The notes under the pieces were generated by a model. The model was not told the origin of the DNA. It worked only from the letters and a program-made list of their open reading frames with translations, and searched no databases. 64,000 bases of DNA from Paramecium tetraurelia. Its lineage: Eukaryota. Below, piece after piece: positions 41,097 through 55,290 of the stretch. The position numbers and the translations under genes were made by a program. The stretch's first letter is position 1; every line of letters begins with the position of its first letter. The stretch lies in the NCBI GenBank assembly GCA_000165425.1, contig CT868341.1:1-64000 (forward strand). The letters are read 5' to 3'.

Positions 41097-41290
41097 ACAT
41101 AATATTATTTTAGATAATAAGAATATAATTATAAAAATATTGTATTTATCTTTTTTATAATATTTAGAGAACGTTTTGGTTTTTATTCTGTCCAACATTG
41201 TATGCCATACTCATCTAATAATCATACACTAAATTGCCTCATAATAATGATAATTATACTATCTACTTTATTATATTATACATAATGAAA

Positions 41291-43514
41291 TCAAGATAAA
41301 AACCAGTTTATGATCTTACAAATCTCGAACTCATTCGATGATTAAGTTAAGATGCTCATAATTATTAATCCAAATGATGGATTTTTACACTTAGTAGGTT
41401 CGTAATTATTCATTTATTCCAAATTCCCTGAGATTTATATTAGGTTTTTAATATATTTTATATCACATTCATCTATCAAATATGAAATACTAAATATATT
41501 AAAAGAGGGAGCATCATTAGTTATGTTACAGACTTTACTAAATTAAAGCAAATCCTGTCTATCTGAGATAGTCTGAACACCTAAAGTGAATAGTTTAATG
41601 TAGGATTGATCTTATAAGAAAATGATTAATTTTAATCTCAACATTATTGGAACTTTTGAGCAAACTATTAAACTTCTAATTTTATTAATGAAAAGAGGCT
41701 CAAAGAATTCTTGGGCCTTAAGCAATATCACATCATACTAAATCATTATATTAGTAAGCCACACCTCAAGGATGTTGATTAAGATGAATAACAATTGTTA
41801 AGAGTTCTTCCAGTAATTGTAACATAACACTGGATTACTGTTCTACTTGATGCATTAAATCAATTGCAAAAAGGAATTGGAGTTGTCTGTGACTATTTTG
41901 CTGCATTAAGACAAAACCTTATTGAACACCATCGCAATTATTTTAGATATTGATATTTCATTTGAAAGATTCTTGAAATTTAGTAATGCAATTGTAGTCA
42001 GACATTTATCATACTAAGATTCAATAAGAATTTCTTGATCTTGGACTTCATCATAGATTTGGTATAACATTTGCTTATGGAACTTTAATGAATTCACCCA
42101 GCTGTGTATATTTTCTGAGACCTGATCCTTATTTGCAAAATAGAGTTTTAAACCTTGTTCGCAATTCAAGTGATGCCATAAATTGGAAATCACTTATTCT
42201 TACCAACTCAACTTCATTTATGGGATTGATCCAAATGTTCTTTGGTAATTTTCGAACTGCTGAAGGACTTGAAAAGTAAGATCCTGTATGCAATCTTGAG
42301 ATATTTAAATTGTGTATATTTAAGTTGAGGTTATTAATAGACTGCAAAATTAATCGTAATTTCTATTATTAAATATAAAATGGCATTTACTTAGTTTTTG
42401 ATACTTGATCCTCTTTGTTTAGGATTTATGAATCGGATTACAGGACCTCCACCATTTTCTTCTTAGTTATTTTGATGCCAAACTGTTAATTGTATCTAGA
42501 GAAATGGATGGCTTAATTCTGAATCTCTTTAATATTCAGCGTGGTTGTTTCAGGACAATATAGAATTTAGTTAAAATTAATGGGGTGACTGAATTCATCC
42601 ATCACATTTTGAAAGTTGAATTAGATGCATTTAAATAATCGATCTTGGAGTACTGTTTTAGAGAAAGAGATTATTTGAAATTGCGTAGAAAACACTAAGG
42701 CAATAAATATTTTTGGTAATTCGTGTATTTCTACGAATTTATAATTGCAATCATCTTTTGGGAGATAGTAATATTTTTTGACAAATTTAAGTTGTTTTAA
42801 TTGATACTTAACAAACCGTTATTCAGTTTTATTTTCTTACAATATTAAAATATTCTCATTGCCCACAAAGTAAATGTGAATAATTGAGTAGTTGGGATCT
42901 GTAAAACGATGTATTTATGGTTCCTAATCATTATCACTAAAGGTGATTAAGTCATTGAACTCGGTGATCCCAACAACCATTTCCTTTTGATCAATTTCAA
43001 TTGTTTAAAACGATATGAGACTTTGTCTGAGAGCGATGATTTGAGTGATCACCTTTTGATCTGGACTATAAAAGACTATTTGTCCCTATTGGGAGATGAA
43101 GGCTATTTTTAATTTATTCTTGTTCATTATGACAAAATCACTAAACCTTTTGATTTGATAGGCCTCCTTTAATTTCACATTATTAGGCAAATACACATCA
43201 TTTATTTTGATATTGGACATGAGGCTGTCCTACGGTTTATTCTATTAGAAAAGATTGGATAAGATGATTTCAATGTATTCTCCTTCCATTGTGAGGATGT
43301 GCAAGGCGAAGGTTTGGAATTTCATGGAGATGATTGGATCATTTTTCCATTTCAAAGTTTCTATTTACACAGACAACTTATATTTATCCTCTGCAATAAT
43401 TATCAGGTTGTCATAAGATGTATATAATACAACGTATCTGACGTGGATGGAATCTCCGTAAGCATATTAATGAATTTATTCGGAAAGTTATTGAAATAAT
43501 TTTTGTTATAACAT
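41291..43514 (-). CDS. Hypothetical protein (~700 aa), beta-rich N-terminus and helical C-terminus
   Basis: Long code-6 frames from ATG 43514 with short introns; no motif recognised. Confidence 0.6.
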
Positions 43515-43691
43515 ATAATTTTTTATTATTTTTGTTTGCTGAATATTGAATAGAATTTCTAAAGATTACGGCATTCCTGGAGATTTTGATCTAAGTTATA
43601 CAATCCTATTTTCCAAAAAGGGGGCATTCATTTTTGATGATTTTCCTATTTTCATAAAAGAGATCACTAAAAATAGCATTGAGTAATTAAA

Positions 43692-44546
43692 ATGAATTGT
43701 TTGCAATATATAAAAAAATGCTATTAAAATCTCAGGCAGAAGAGGGAGGGACCAGAAGAATCGTATAGACTATCCACTTAAGAATCCGAAGTGAGGAAAA
43801 AGAAAACTCTAGTTCTTGATTTGGATGAAACCTTGGTGCACTGTGAATTCAAGGAAAATCAAAATTTCAATTATGAAACTATTTTGGATGTTTGGCACAG
43901 GGGAATGCTATACAATGTGTACCTGTGTAGACGACCTTATTTGAGAGAATTTCTTAAGCAAATGAGTGTGTACTACGAGATCATCATATTCACTGCTGGC
44001 TATGAATCATATTGTGACAAAGTGTTGCAATTCATAGACTTGGATAAACACATAAGTGATTATTATGCAAGATCAAATTGTATATTTGTCAACGGAAACT
44101 GTTTGAAAGATCTGACCATTTTAGATCGGCCACTAGATTAGTTAATCTTTATAGATGTATCATTTTTATAGCATTCGTAGAATAACCCAAATGCCTTTGA
44201 CTTACAACCTGATAATGGTTTGCTGATTCCTTCATTTCTTGATTCAGATGAAGATGAATGTCTCCTTAGATTGATTCCATTTTTAAAATTCATGGCCAAC
44301 AAATCCGCTGTAAAACCTGTCAACTAGTTCTTGAAAGATTACGAAACCACTCACGGTTCATTGTTTAGCGATACTCATATCACTCTGTAATGTCACATAG
44401 ATGGAGAGGAGGCTAGTCTAAACGAAGAAAGTTGTATTATAATGGACGACACGCCTAAGCATCGCAAGACTTAAACTCTTATGCATCATCAATCTAAAGG
44501 AAAATAAGTTTAAGAGGCTCGCAGTTAATCTCTATTCTCTGGTTGA
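43692..44546 (+). CDS. FCP1/SCP (NIF, CTD small phosphatase-like) HAD phosphatase
   Basis: TLVLDLDETLVH, RRPYLREFL, IFTAG, KDL, IDNNP..F..QPDNG. Confidence 0.95.
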
Positions 44547-44578
44547 ATAAATTTAAATTGTTTATAATTTCAATTATT

Positions 44579-47500
44579 ATGCGCCAAAAGACTATAGAAG
44601 AGCAATATAAGAAGATGACCCACATTGAGCATATTCTTCAGAGACCAGATACTTATATTGGCAGTATACAGAGAACCTCAGAATAAATGTGGATAATACA
44701 AAATGGAAAAATGATCTAAAAAGAAATTGAATACGTCCCTGGGTTTTTTAAAATATTCGATGAAATTTTGGTTAATGCAGCCGATAATCTACAAAGAGAT
44801 TCACGTTAACACAAATAGTCCTACATCAAAGTAGACATTGGAAATGAAATTTCAATTAAAAATGACGGATTTCCAATACCTGTTGAAATCCATAAAGAAT
44901 ACCAAATCTATGTCCCAGAGTTGATTTTTGGAGTGTTTCTAACTGGAAGCAATTTCGATGATACTGAAAAAAGAGTGGTAGGTGGAAGGAATGGTTATGG
45001 GGCAAAATTGACAAATGTGTATTCAACTGAGTTCACGCTGGAAGTATGCGATGGAAAAAGTTACTTTAAGTTGGTTTGGAACAATAACATGAGTAACAAA
45101 TAGATCCCTATTATTAAACAAATAAAGAAAGATCCTTACGTGAGTATTTCATATAAGCCAGACTATAAGAGGTTTGGGATGAAAGAGATAGAATCAGATA
45201 CTCAGGCTTTGTTAACCAGAAGAGTATATGATTTAGCTGGAATATATGGTAATAAAATTAGTGTGTATTTGAATGATGAAAAGATTAAGATCAATTCATT
45301 TCAAAAATATGTAGATTTATATTTACCAAATGAAGGGGCAATTAAAATATTTGATAAGGATATGACCACTCCAAGATGGGAAGTAGTAGTAAGTTATTCT
45401 CCTACTTAATTTTAACATGTCTCCTTTGTTAATGCTATTTATACTGCAAAAGGAGGAACTCATGTGAATTATGTAACAGATAAAATTATATAAGAAATTT
45501 AAAATGAAATGAATAATAATAAAAAGTATAAGTCAATTGAAGTTTAAAAGTATTAAATCAAACAATCACTTTGGGTATTTATCAATTGCTTGATTGATAA
45601 TCCCACATTTGATTCATAAACAAAAGAGAATATGACAACTAAGGTGTCAGAATTTGGAGGTACTAACGAAGAGAAATTTAAGGTAACTGAGAAATTCTCA
45701 AAAGCTTTAATAAAGACAGATATAATCGAAACTATATTTTAGTAAGCCAAAGCCAAAGCTGATGCCAAATTAAATAAGTAATTGAAAGGCACGAAAACTG
45801 GTAGATTACATGGAATTGAAAAGCTGGATGATGCAAACGATGCAGGTAAAAAGAACTCAGAACTTTGCACATTGATATTGACTGAAGGAGATTCAGCAAA
45901 AGCATTAGCTATGGCAGGTATTGATATTGTAGGAAGAGATAGATATGGGGTGTTTCCGTTGAAGGGTAAGCTTTTGAATGTAAGGGAGGCATCATTGAAG
46001 CAAATTCTATAGAATGAAGAAATTGAAAATTTGATAAAAATAATAGGTTTGTAGAAGGAAAGACAATACACAGATTTAAAATCACTTAGATATGGATCGG
46101 TGATGATTATGACAGATCAGGATATAGATGGATCGCATATTAAGGGTTTGATTATCAATTTTATTCATCATTTTTGGCCTTCTTTGGTGAAGTATCGTGG
46201 ATTTTTGAAAGAGTTTGTTACTCCTCTGATAAAGGCCACAAAGGGAAATTAAACAATTCCATTCTTCACAGTTTAGGATTTCAACAAATTCGCTTAAGAA
46301 GAGGACATTAAAACATGGAAGATAAAGTATTACAAAGGATTAGGTACATCTGATGATCAAGAGGCTCAAGAGTATTTTAAGAATTTAAGAACACATACGA
46401 TATAGTTCAGATATGATGGAGATGATGATGACAACTCTATTGATCTGTGCTTTAATAAGAAAAAAGCAAATGATAGAAAATAATGGCTTGCATAATACAA
46501 TCATGATTTATATGTGGATCATACCAAAAGCGAATTAGGCTATTCAGAATTCATACACAAAGAGTTGATTCATTTCTCTATGGCTGATAATATCAGATCT
46601 ATTCCATCCCTCATGGATGGCTTAAAACCAGGACAGAGAAAGGTATTATTTGCCTGTTTTAAGAGAAATTTGAAACAAGAAATCAAAGTGGTCTAATTGG
46701 GTGGTTACATAGCTGAACATTCTGCTTATCATCATGGAGATCTATCATTGGTTTCTACAATCATAGGGATGGCTTAGAATTTTGTTGGTTCCAATAACAT
46801 CAATTTATTATTGCCAAAAGGTTAGTTTGGTAGCAGAGCTATGGGTGGCAAGGATCATGCATCTGCGAGATATATTTCTACAGCTCTTAATAAGATTACG
46901 AGGTACATCTTCCCTGAATAGGATGATCATTTATTAAAGTATCTGGAAGATGATGGATAGATGGTTGAACCAGAGTATTATGTGCCTATTATTCCTATGA
47001 GTTTGGTCAATGGAGCTGAAGGTATTGGTACTGGTTGGTCTACATCAATCTAAAATTATAATCCAATTGACTTAGTTCAATAAATTAAAAATAGATTGAA
47101 TGGAGAATAATTTCAGCCAATGGCTCCCTTTTATAGAAATTTTGATGGCATCATTGAAAATCTACCGAATGGTAATTGTGTTATCAAAGGCTTAATTGAT
47201 TGCAATGAAGCCACTGATATTGTCACTATTAGAGAGCTTCCAATTAAGAAATGGACAAGAAATTACAAGGAATGGTTAGATAAAGAAATGGCTGAGGAAG
47301 GAAGTCAAATTGTGGATTTGAGAGAATATCACACTAAATACAAAATTCATTTTGAAATATAGATGGTGGATGGGTTTGTATAGGATTTGAAGAATCCTTT
47401 AGAGTACTTTAAACTGTCTTCACCAGCTTCGTGCAGCAATATGGTGCTATTTGACTCAAATAGTAAAATCAAAAAATATGAATGTGTTTAGGATATAATG

Positions 47501-48397
47501 GAAGAGTTTTATTAGGTTAGATTAGAGTTTTATCACAAAAGGAAAGATTATTTAATATCCAAGTTGGATAGAGAGGTCTAACTATTAGATAATAAATTAA
47601 AATTCATTAAGATGGTAATTAGTGAAGAGATTAAATTAAGAAATGTAAAGAAAGTTGATTTAGTCAAGCAACTAGATAAATTTGGATTTACTCGTTTTTC
47701 ACAATTGATTTAAGTAAAATCTACAAAAGTAAAAGCTTTTGGTGATTCTTAAAAATAGTAGAAAAATGTTGATGATGATGGGAGTGAAGAGGAGGAAAAG
47801 TCAGGAGATGAAGATAAACAATAAAAAAAATAAATTTCAAAAAAACTACAATAAACACCATCAATTGATATAAGTGAGTTTAATTATTTACTATCAATGC
47901 CATTGTTTTCACTTACTTATGAAAAAGTAGAGAAATTATAAGATGAATTAAATTAAAGGGTTCAAAGCAGAGAAGCTTTGATTAATAAAGAAATATCTCT
48001 AATGTGGAGAGAAGATTTAGATAAGTTTTTAGAGGCATATTAAGAAATGGTTGAAATAGAGTTGCGATTGATTAATTAATAAGAAAAGATGCCAGGAAAG
48101 TAAATGAAGAAACCTAAGAAGAAAAATGATAAATAAGATCAATTAATTGAAGAAAAAGTATAAAAGTCGAAAAAGGCCATAAAGAGCAAGGATCCAGTAG
48201 AAGAAATTTTATCCAAATATAAAAAGTAAGATGAAAAATAGAGTGAAATCAATTCTAAACCAAACGAATCTAAATAGCTTAACCTAAAATAATAGGAATC
48301 GAAAAAACAAGTGGATAATTCTAATCAAGTTTCTTAATAAGTTTAAGGCAGAAGGATAAGAAAATTAAAGGTAGAAAGCAGTTCAGATGATGATTGA
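44579..48397 (+). CDS. TOP2: DNA topoisomerase II, 1272 aa, apparently intronless
   Basis: EHILQRPDTYIGS, FDEILVNAAD, GGRNGYGAKL, TEGDSA, PLKGK, MTDQDIDGSHI, DGLKPGQRK, SARYI; all ORF-track pieces in one frame. Confidence 0.99.
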
Positions 48398-48764
48398 ATA
48401 GAAGAGATAAAGAAAATAATTGATTATTAAATATATATGTAAAAGTACTTATTAAATGGATATTACTACTTAATGACTTATCAAATTTTATTAATGACAG
48501 AAGATAAGTTCTTGAGAATTACTCAAGAATCAAACTAATTCTTGTTTAAAAAGAGAATTATCATTCTACAATAAGAGTATTTGTTATTCATAATTATTTT
48601 TATAATAAGTTAAAAAGGTTCTCGATAACATCTAGTAAGTAGTGAAGACATGTATAGAGAGTAGATTTGAGAATGATATTTTCAATGAAATGTATCATCT
48701 TTTACAGTTAGTCAACAGTGTTAATAATTCAATTTATTTTTGTTAATAATTATAAAATATATAA

Positions 48765-49178
48765 ATGAAAGACTTGGTGAATCAAAATCGTTCACATTTG
48801 ACTGCTGAAGAATCCTTAAAAAAACTCTATGAATATTCATAGTAAAATTTCTATTTATTCATAGCATTTAAGATGCAAAATAAAGATCCTATCACTTAAG
48901 ATTGTAAAAAGCCCATGCATTTACTTTCGGTGCTGTTGCATCAATAGCAGTGTATTATGTTGGATATGTATGTATTATTATAATCATTTAAGAATTTGAT
49001 TGAAGGAGTCTGGGCTAAATTATCAACAACCAATTAAATCACTAATTTGTTTAGAATTGCCTAAAATCCAGTCAGATCAGTCTACAGACCTGAAATCTAT
49101 TTGCGAGATCAAAATGCAGATCAAATTTTAGCATAAAAAACTTAAGAATAGAATAATCCATTAAAGTTATGGCATTGA
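48765..49178 (+). CDS. Small single-pass protein resembling a ciliate-specific mitochondrial ATP synthase subunit (Tetrahymena ATPTT11-like)
   Basis: RSYHLRLQKA, TM segment, FRIAQNPVRSVYRPEIYLRD, NPLKLWH*; two introns; family assignment is from memory and needs a search. Confidence 0.65.
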
Positions 49179-50610
49179 GAAATAAATCATATATACAATC
49201 AATAAAATAATATTTATAAATGACTTCATTATATCAAATAATGATTGATATATTCGTTTCTAGGGCAAGAGTTCCTATATATAATTCAAAATTTTAATCT
49301 ATAGTAATTGGTTTTGGCTATTCTCATAGCTCCTTCTTCTCTTTCAGTTGGAGATGAAAATAGAAACTCTCTAAAAGTATTAAGAAGATATGATGCAGAT
49401 GTTAAAAGAAAAAAAGAGTTCAAATTAAAAATGCAAAATAATCTGAATTATTTTAGATAAAGCAAATTTGGGATTGTGTTGTATTAATTTATTATTTAAA
49501 GTTTAACACTTCAATAGATATCAGTGATCTATATAATAAGCTAATAAAAAAACTGCGCATTTCAAGAACTTTTGAAGTTCTTGATAATTTTGAAAAAGAA
49601 GAAGAACTCGATATTTTTGTAATTACATTATAAATTATAGAAATTATAGATTATTATCTAGAACACTTAAATAATAAATGAATGTACAATCTAAAGATTT
49701 AACATATTTCTAAATACTAACTGCCAATCTATATATCTATTAAATTAAGAAATCTTCTTTATAAAATTTAAAAGTGATTTCATAACTTATTTATACCTAA
49801 ATTTTTACCCAATTTGAAGGATTATAAAGATATATGCTTATCATCCATATCTATGATGAGCTCGTTTTGCCATCAATTTTCAAGATTTAACTTTCAGATC
49901 ATTAATTTCCAGGTGTTGCTAAAACACATATTTGAAATATTCTATTAATACAATTTTAAACTTTAATTTTGCACTATTTAGCTATACTAAAATTCCTACC
50001 TTTTCCTTTTTTTATAAAACTCTGTCTCATCTAACCCATTTAATAAATTTAGATTTACCAAAATAGGATATTATTATAACCCTATTAATGTATAATTTTG
50101 CCTTTAAAAAGTAATGTTCATAAAGAAGGAACTTATTTTTCTTAATACTATTTCATGAAAATATATTCTGGAATTTCATCTATTTAAATCCAAATAGAAA
50201 AATTGTAAATTTAGTTTATATTTAATTACTTAGTTAATTCTTAATCGAAATTTTTTTTTCCTCACTTTTTTTTTAAATAAGCTTTACTTTATTTTGAACT
50301 ATTTAGGTTAGAAATATTTATTAAATTAACTTTATTATTTATACTGAAATTTTTATTCAGAAATTATATTTAATATTAATATCTTGGTACTTTTATGTCA
50401 AATTATACTTAATACACTGACTCTAAAAAGTGGAAATTTTTATAACCAGCGAGTATTGAATGTGGAACCTAGAACATATAATTGTTCATATAATAAAAAT
50501 ATTTGTTTACAATTATATATTTTATGATTTTTAAAATCAATTATATTTCCTCATTATTCACACTGAAGAATGGGATTTCAATAATTAATTAATAAAGTTA
50601 TGTTATATGA

Positions 50611-51545
50611 TCACTACTCTTTGAATTGTTAGTAGAAGGGACTTAAACTTTAGTAACTATCAAGACTTTCTTGGCTTCTTATGGCTAAAGGTGAATAAGC
50701 TATAATATTAATTTATTGACTTATCATACCTTAATCATTATTATACAAGGGACTAAAAGTACCCATCTGAGTTGGTACTTTTAAGTTCCAGGTCATTTGA
50801 TTCTACATCATTTTTAAAAGGGGAGATAATGATTCCACTGGTTAATAATCTTACTTTTGCTTACACTAAATCTAGTTGAGCATTTCGATGGAGTCCTGGT
50901 TATTGATCCCTTATTATTGGATTATAAAGCTAAGCAAATAACTGATTCTATCGATTTTAACATCAAGTGTTTTTTTAGAATTGCCTAGTTTCCTACCAAA
51001 TTTGTTTGTGTTGATCCATAATTTATTCATTTTATGAGATTATTTCTTGGAATTGTGTTTCAAATTTGGTTTGTCTTTGTTTTAAAAATAATAATTCTGA
51101 ATCCATTTATTTTTAAAAATCATATTATTTTACAGCTGACTTCAATTCTTTCTTGACTTTGCATTTGGTTTTAATGGGATTGCGTTTGATCAATGACAAT
51201 TGTTTCCTAAAACATTAATATTATCTTACTTGTTGCCTCTTTTGAAGAAAGGGTGACTAAATATCTCATAATTTTCTGAGTTTCTGGCTTTGATAAATTC
51301 ATACATGTTGAGTTACCTTAGAAAGGATTGATAATGATTATGTTTGAAATATTGCAAGAGGATTTCGTTCTCCATCAATTTTGGTTACAATACAATAAAA
51401 TATTCTCCATCATCGCTCCATTTAATAATCTAGTTAAACTACACCTAGCGATCATATAAATAAACAGGCCTACTTATTCATCTAAAATATCGTAAAGCTT
51501 AATTATAAAAGCTGGAGTGGAAAACGGGCCAGATTATGTTGTCAT
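50611..51545 (-). CDS. HSF-type transcription factor carrying a 1-nt frameshift near 50990
   Basis: PAFIIKLYDIL, IIKWSDDGEYFIV, YFKHNHYQSFLRQLNMYEF, FSHPFFKRG; coiled coil continues only in a shifted frame. Confidence 0.88.
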
Positions 51546-51776
51546 ATAAATTATATTTTAATTATTTTATGCAAAAAAAGAAAATAAGTAATATTTTATT
51601 TTTCAGTGCCATATAATTAAATATTTATTAACTCTTGAATGCAAACAAAAGTAATCTAAAAATAGCTTTAGTGTAAATTCAAAATTAGAATAATAATTTA
51701 ATCAATTTGGTATATTTTAAAAATGACTAGTATAGGGAATATTTTTAACATTGCTCATTTATTCTAAATACTTAAG

Positions 51777-52937
51777 TCAATAATTACTTATGGGGCTCTT
51801 TTACTTTTCAGCAGTAGAGCCTTAATCAATTCGGCTTCCATAAATTTTGCGTGGAGGAGATTATTCGCTATTATTCTATGGAGGAATCTCAGGTATAATA
51901 TCCTAGCACTACATTTATTAACTAGGATTGTTTCCGACTATGTTTGGAGGAATATTCGATTTGAAAGGCAACAAAAATTTGCTTGAAGATCTTATAGGGG
52001 AGAGCAATTAATTTATCTTCATTTCATCCATCCTATAAGTTAAAGGCTCTTAGGTTGACAGTCTTCCGGTTAATTTTTTAAGATTTGCATTTCTTTCCGG
52101 GTTATTGAAAAATATGGGTTCTTTGAATCTATTGTTAATCATCCTTTGGATTTAAATGAAATCAGGTCGTTTATCTATGTTTTCATCTATCATTTTTGCA
52201 ACCAATTATAATAATTATAAAGTAAATTTTCCATGTAAATTTTTTATTTATTAAATAAAATTTAATTAATTCGCTTAAGTATTATACATAAATTACTTCT
52301 TTTAGTTAAAAGTTCTATAATAACAATTCCTAAATCACGTACATCATCTTTTATAGCTATTTTATTTGGTTTTTATCCAATTTTGTCTAGCATTTTGATA
52401 TGCAAATTATCATTTATGAAAATTGATTCTGAATTGATATTTGAATGATATCTGTTCAAATTTTACAAATATACCATTAAATTTACTATTTATTCAATTA
52501 TCTATCTAATAGATTTAAATATTTTACATTCCAAATTTGTACCTCAGTCAAAGTTCTAGATTATATATACTGCTTTAAGGTTTCAGGGTAGTAGGCAAAA
52601 AAGAATTGCTAAGATTAGACTTTACCAATGTTAAGTGCCTTTGAACTCGTACAAGCGAAATACTCAATCAAATTAGGGTGTTTGAGAGAACTTCGAAAAT
52701 TATGTATATCAATAATTGAGGAGTCTTTTTCAAATACATGCACATGCTATAAAGTATTTTAGATGGTTAGTTTACAAATGAAAATAAGAGAGGCAAATTA
52801 CTTTCTTTGATTTTCCACAGTTGAATTTATCCCAAGCCTGGGTGTTGCAACATTCCTTAATCTATAAGTTAATCACTTAGGTCTTATGAATAATTCAGTG
52901 GAGCATGATAGTTTATCAGAGTTTGGAGATTTCCCAT
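51777..52937 (-). CDS. Protein-kinase-like pseudokinase with N-terminal Gly2
   Basis: LKHPNLIEY, YHSNINSESIFI (for HRDLKPEN), KMLDK (for DFG), DVRDLGIVIIELL, KRPDF. Confidence 0.8.
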
Positions 52938-52988
52938 TGTTTTTATTAAAATTATAACAAATAAAATTTATTTACATTGATAAATAAA

Positions 52989-54475
52989 TCACTTTCTTTT
53001 TTTATTAGCATTCAATTCAACTCTAAATAATGGAACATACTAAAATAATAATTTAATTTACTTTTGCTATTCCATAAATTACTACTAGCCATGCACCCAC
53101 TCCTAAGATGAGATACAAATCAATAAATGCTGAATAAAACTTGATAATTTGTCCTTTCAATTGAGATGATGTAAAGAATTTTCTATCTTTCACAATGTAC
53201 TGCATTTTAGTTGTATGTTTAAATAATTATCTTAATAACTATTTATCAAATAACATAATTACAGAGTTTAAATCATTAATGAATTTTGAGTCCTTTTACA
53301 GATTTGCAGGATGTCTATTTGGTGTATTGATAAATTATATCAAAGCTTAATCAAATAATTGATCTTGGTGTTATTGTTCATAAGGCTTTCCATCAATCAA
53401 TTAACTCACCAAATTGAGTACAATTTACTGATTGTCTTGCAAATTCGTAGAATTTTATGGAGCCAAAATCTTGATTTATTTCTAGGTATATATTCTGATT
53501 GTATCTATTTCTTTATTGGAAATGTTGGTAGTTTCAGCTTCCTCAATTGTTGCATCATGCTAAGTCAACTCTGCTTTAACTTAAGTTAAAAGTTAGGAAC
53601 TGACTTCAACGTGTAGTTTTTCATTTTGTCTAATTTAATCGAAGATTATTATCGTGTCTATTGTGGATAGAATTCGTTGATATTCCTATTTCTTATAGAA
53701 TTACTTAAGTCCATATTCATCTAAAGTTTAGGAAGTTGAAATATAAAATATTATGTTTCGACTAATAAAATTAAATGATTTATACTTCAATCTTTACTAA
53801 TATTTAAACTCTCTAGCAATCTTAAAGAAGATAGATGATTGAATTCCAAATCTATTTATTGGAATTGTTATTTCGGCTGAAGGTAAATTCTCATCAATTC
53901 CTAACACAATTAGAGTTGAAGGATTGTTTTACTTAAAGTTAGAGATGCTTTCTAATAAATTCTAATATTTTAGATTTTAATTTACATATGAATCTTCCAA
54001 AGTAAGAATTTGCTTTTAATCTACGCTTGTGACTTATAATTAATATTCCTATTCAGTTTCACTTTGAATTTCCTTATAATGATTGCTAATAGTCTCAGTT
54101 TCATAAGTGAAATAAATGGGGATTGTTGCTCCCTTTGGACCTACATTCAATAAATTAAATACCTAAATCAGTTGTGATTAAGTCCCAAACTTGGGATTCA
54201 TTATCTTGTGATAATTGATCCAGAATTATCAAAACGCCATTAGGTTTGTTAGTAAGCAATTCAGATATTGAATTAGGATTAATCTCTGAAAATTTAATTA
54301 ATGCCACTTTTCTTGATGACAATTCTGACCAATGAGTCGTGAGCAATTAGAAAGAAGCTATCTTACTTCCACTCCAAAATTGATCTTATTCAATGCCTAC
54401 CATTCTATAAACATCCAATTCAAATGCATTTATTACATTTAATGTAATTAGGAAGATAGCCAATAAATTATTCAT
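52989..54475 (-). CDS. Nicalin-like ER type I membrane protein (inactive M28 fold)
   Basis: Signal peptide, FELDVYRM...GSK, GVLIIL, IPIYF, C-terminal FIDLYLILGVGAWLVVIY; last exon uncertain. Confidence 0.7.
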
Positions 54476-55290
54476 TAATTTATTTATTTATATGTTGAAT
54501 TAGTAATTTATTCAAAAATATTTAAGAATTAAATAATATCACATCATTGATCATAACAAATTATTGAAAATTTTATTCTTTAAATCCTCTCTTTTAAGTA
54601 TTCTTATTCAACAATACATTAAAATATAGTAGCAAATAATAATATGTTGAAATCTATAAAAATGTATAAAATTAGATTGATTTAATCAAATATTGATTCC
54701 TTTGATATATTTTTCATTATTATTTGTGTGTAAATAGATACCTTAGATAAATAATTGAAGTTTAAATCAATTTCAAAAATTAGAAACAAAATCTGTCATT
54801 ACTTGTTTAAAAATAATATCTAAGGATTTAATATTGATTGAACGAGAAACTTAGTATTCTTGTGAATTAGAATAAACCCAGTATTATAAATAAACCAAAC
54901 ATGAGATCTTCTGAAAATAATGAAATTGTTTTTTATTTATTCTAATTCCTTAATTGTTTAATGGTTTTATCACATTTTTTTCTCATCCACTTTTATCTTT
55001 TTGTTTTAGATTCTCTAATTTTTATTGATAAATGATTGTATTTTATCACTATTTATCGATCTTATTTTAATTATTCTAATCACACTATTACTTTTAACTC
55101 TTTAATATAAAGTGATTTTGTCCAATTTTATGATAACTAGTTTCTCAGTATTAAATAGAACTTGTAGGATTAGATATATAAATCAATAAGCGTGCTCATT
55201 AAATTACGTTAAATTATATTAATAAAAAAATTAGTATATTAGCAAAATAATATTGTTCGATTAAATTTATTTGAAAATCTTATTTTAAAT

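Noticed and set aside
48437..48730. Possible small gene between TOP2 and the ATP synthase subunit
   Set aside because: No consistent start, splice and stop solution, and no motif.
49220..50580. Coding-like fragments in a long intergenic stretch (similar at 32100-32750 and 54600-55200)
   Set aside because: Short frames only; they may be old gene remnants but cannot be delimited.
50754..50783. 10-bp inverted repeat taaaagtacc/ggtactttta
   Set aside because: Lies within HSF coding sequence; a single short hairpin is expected by chance.
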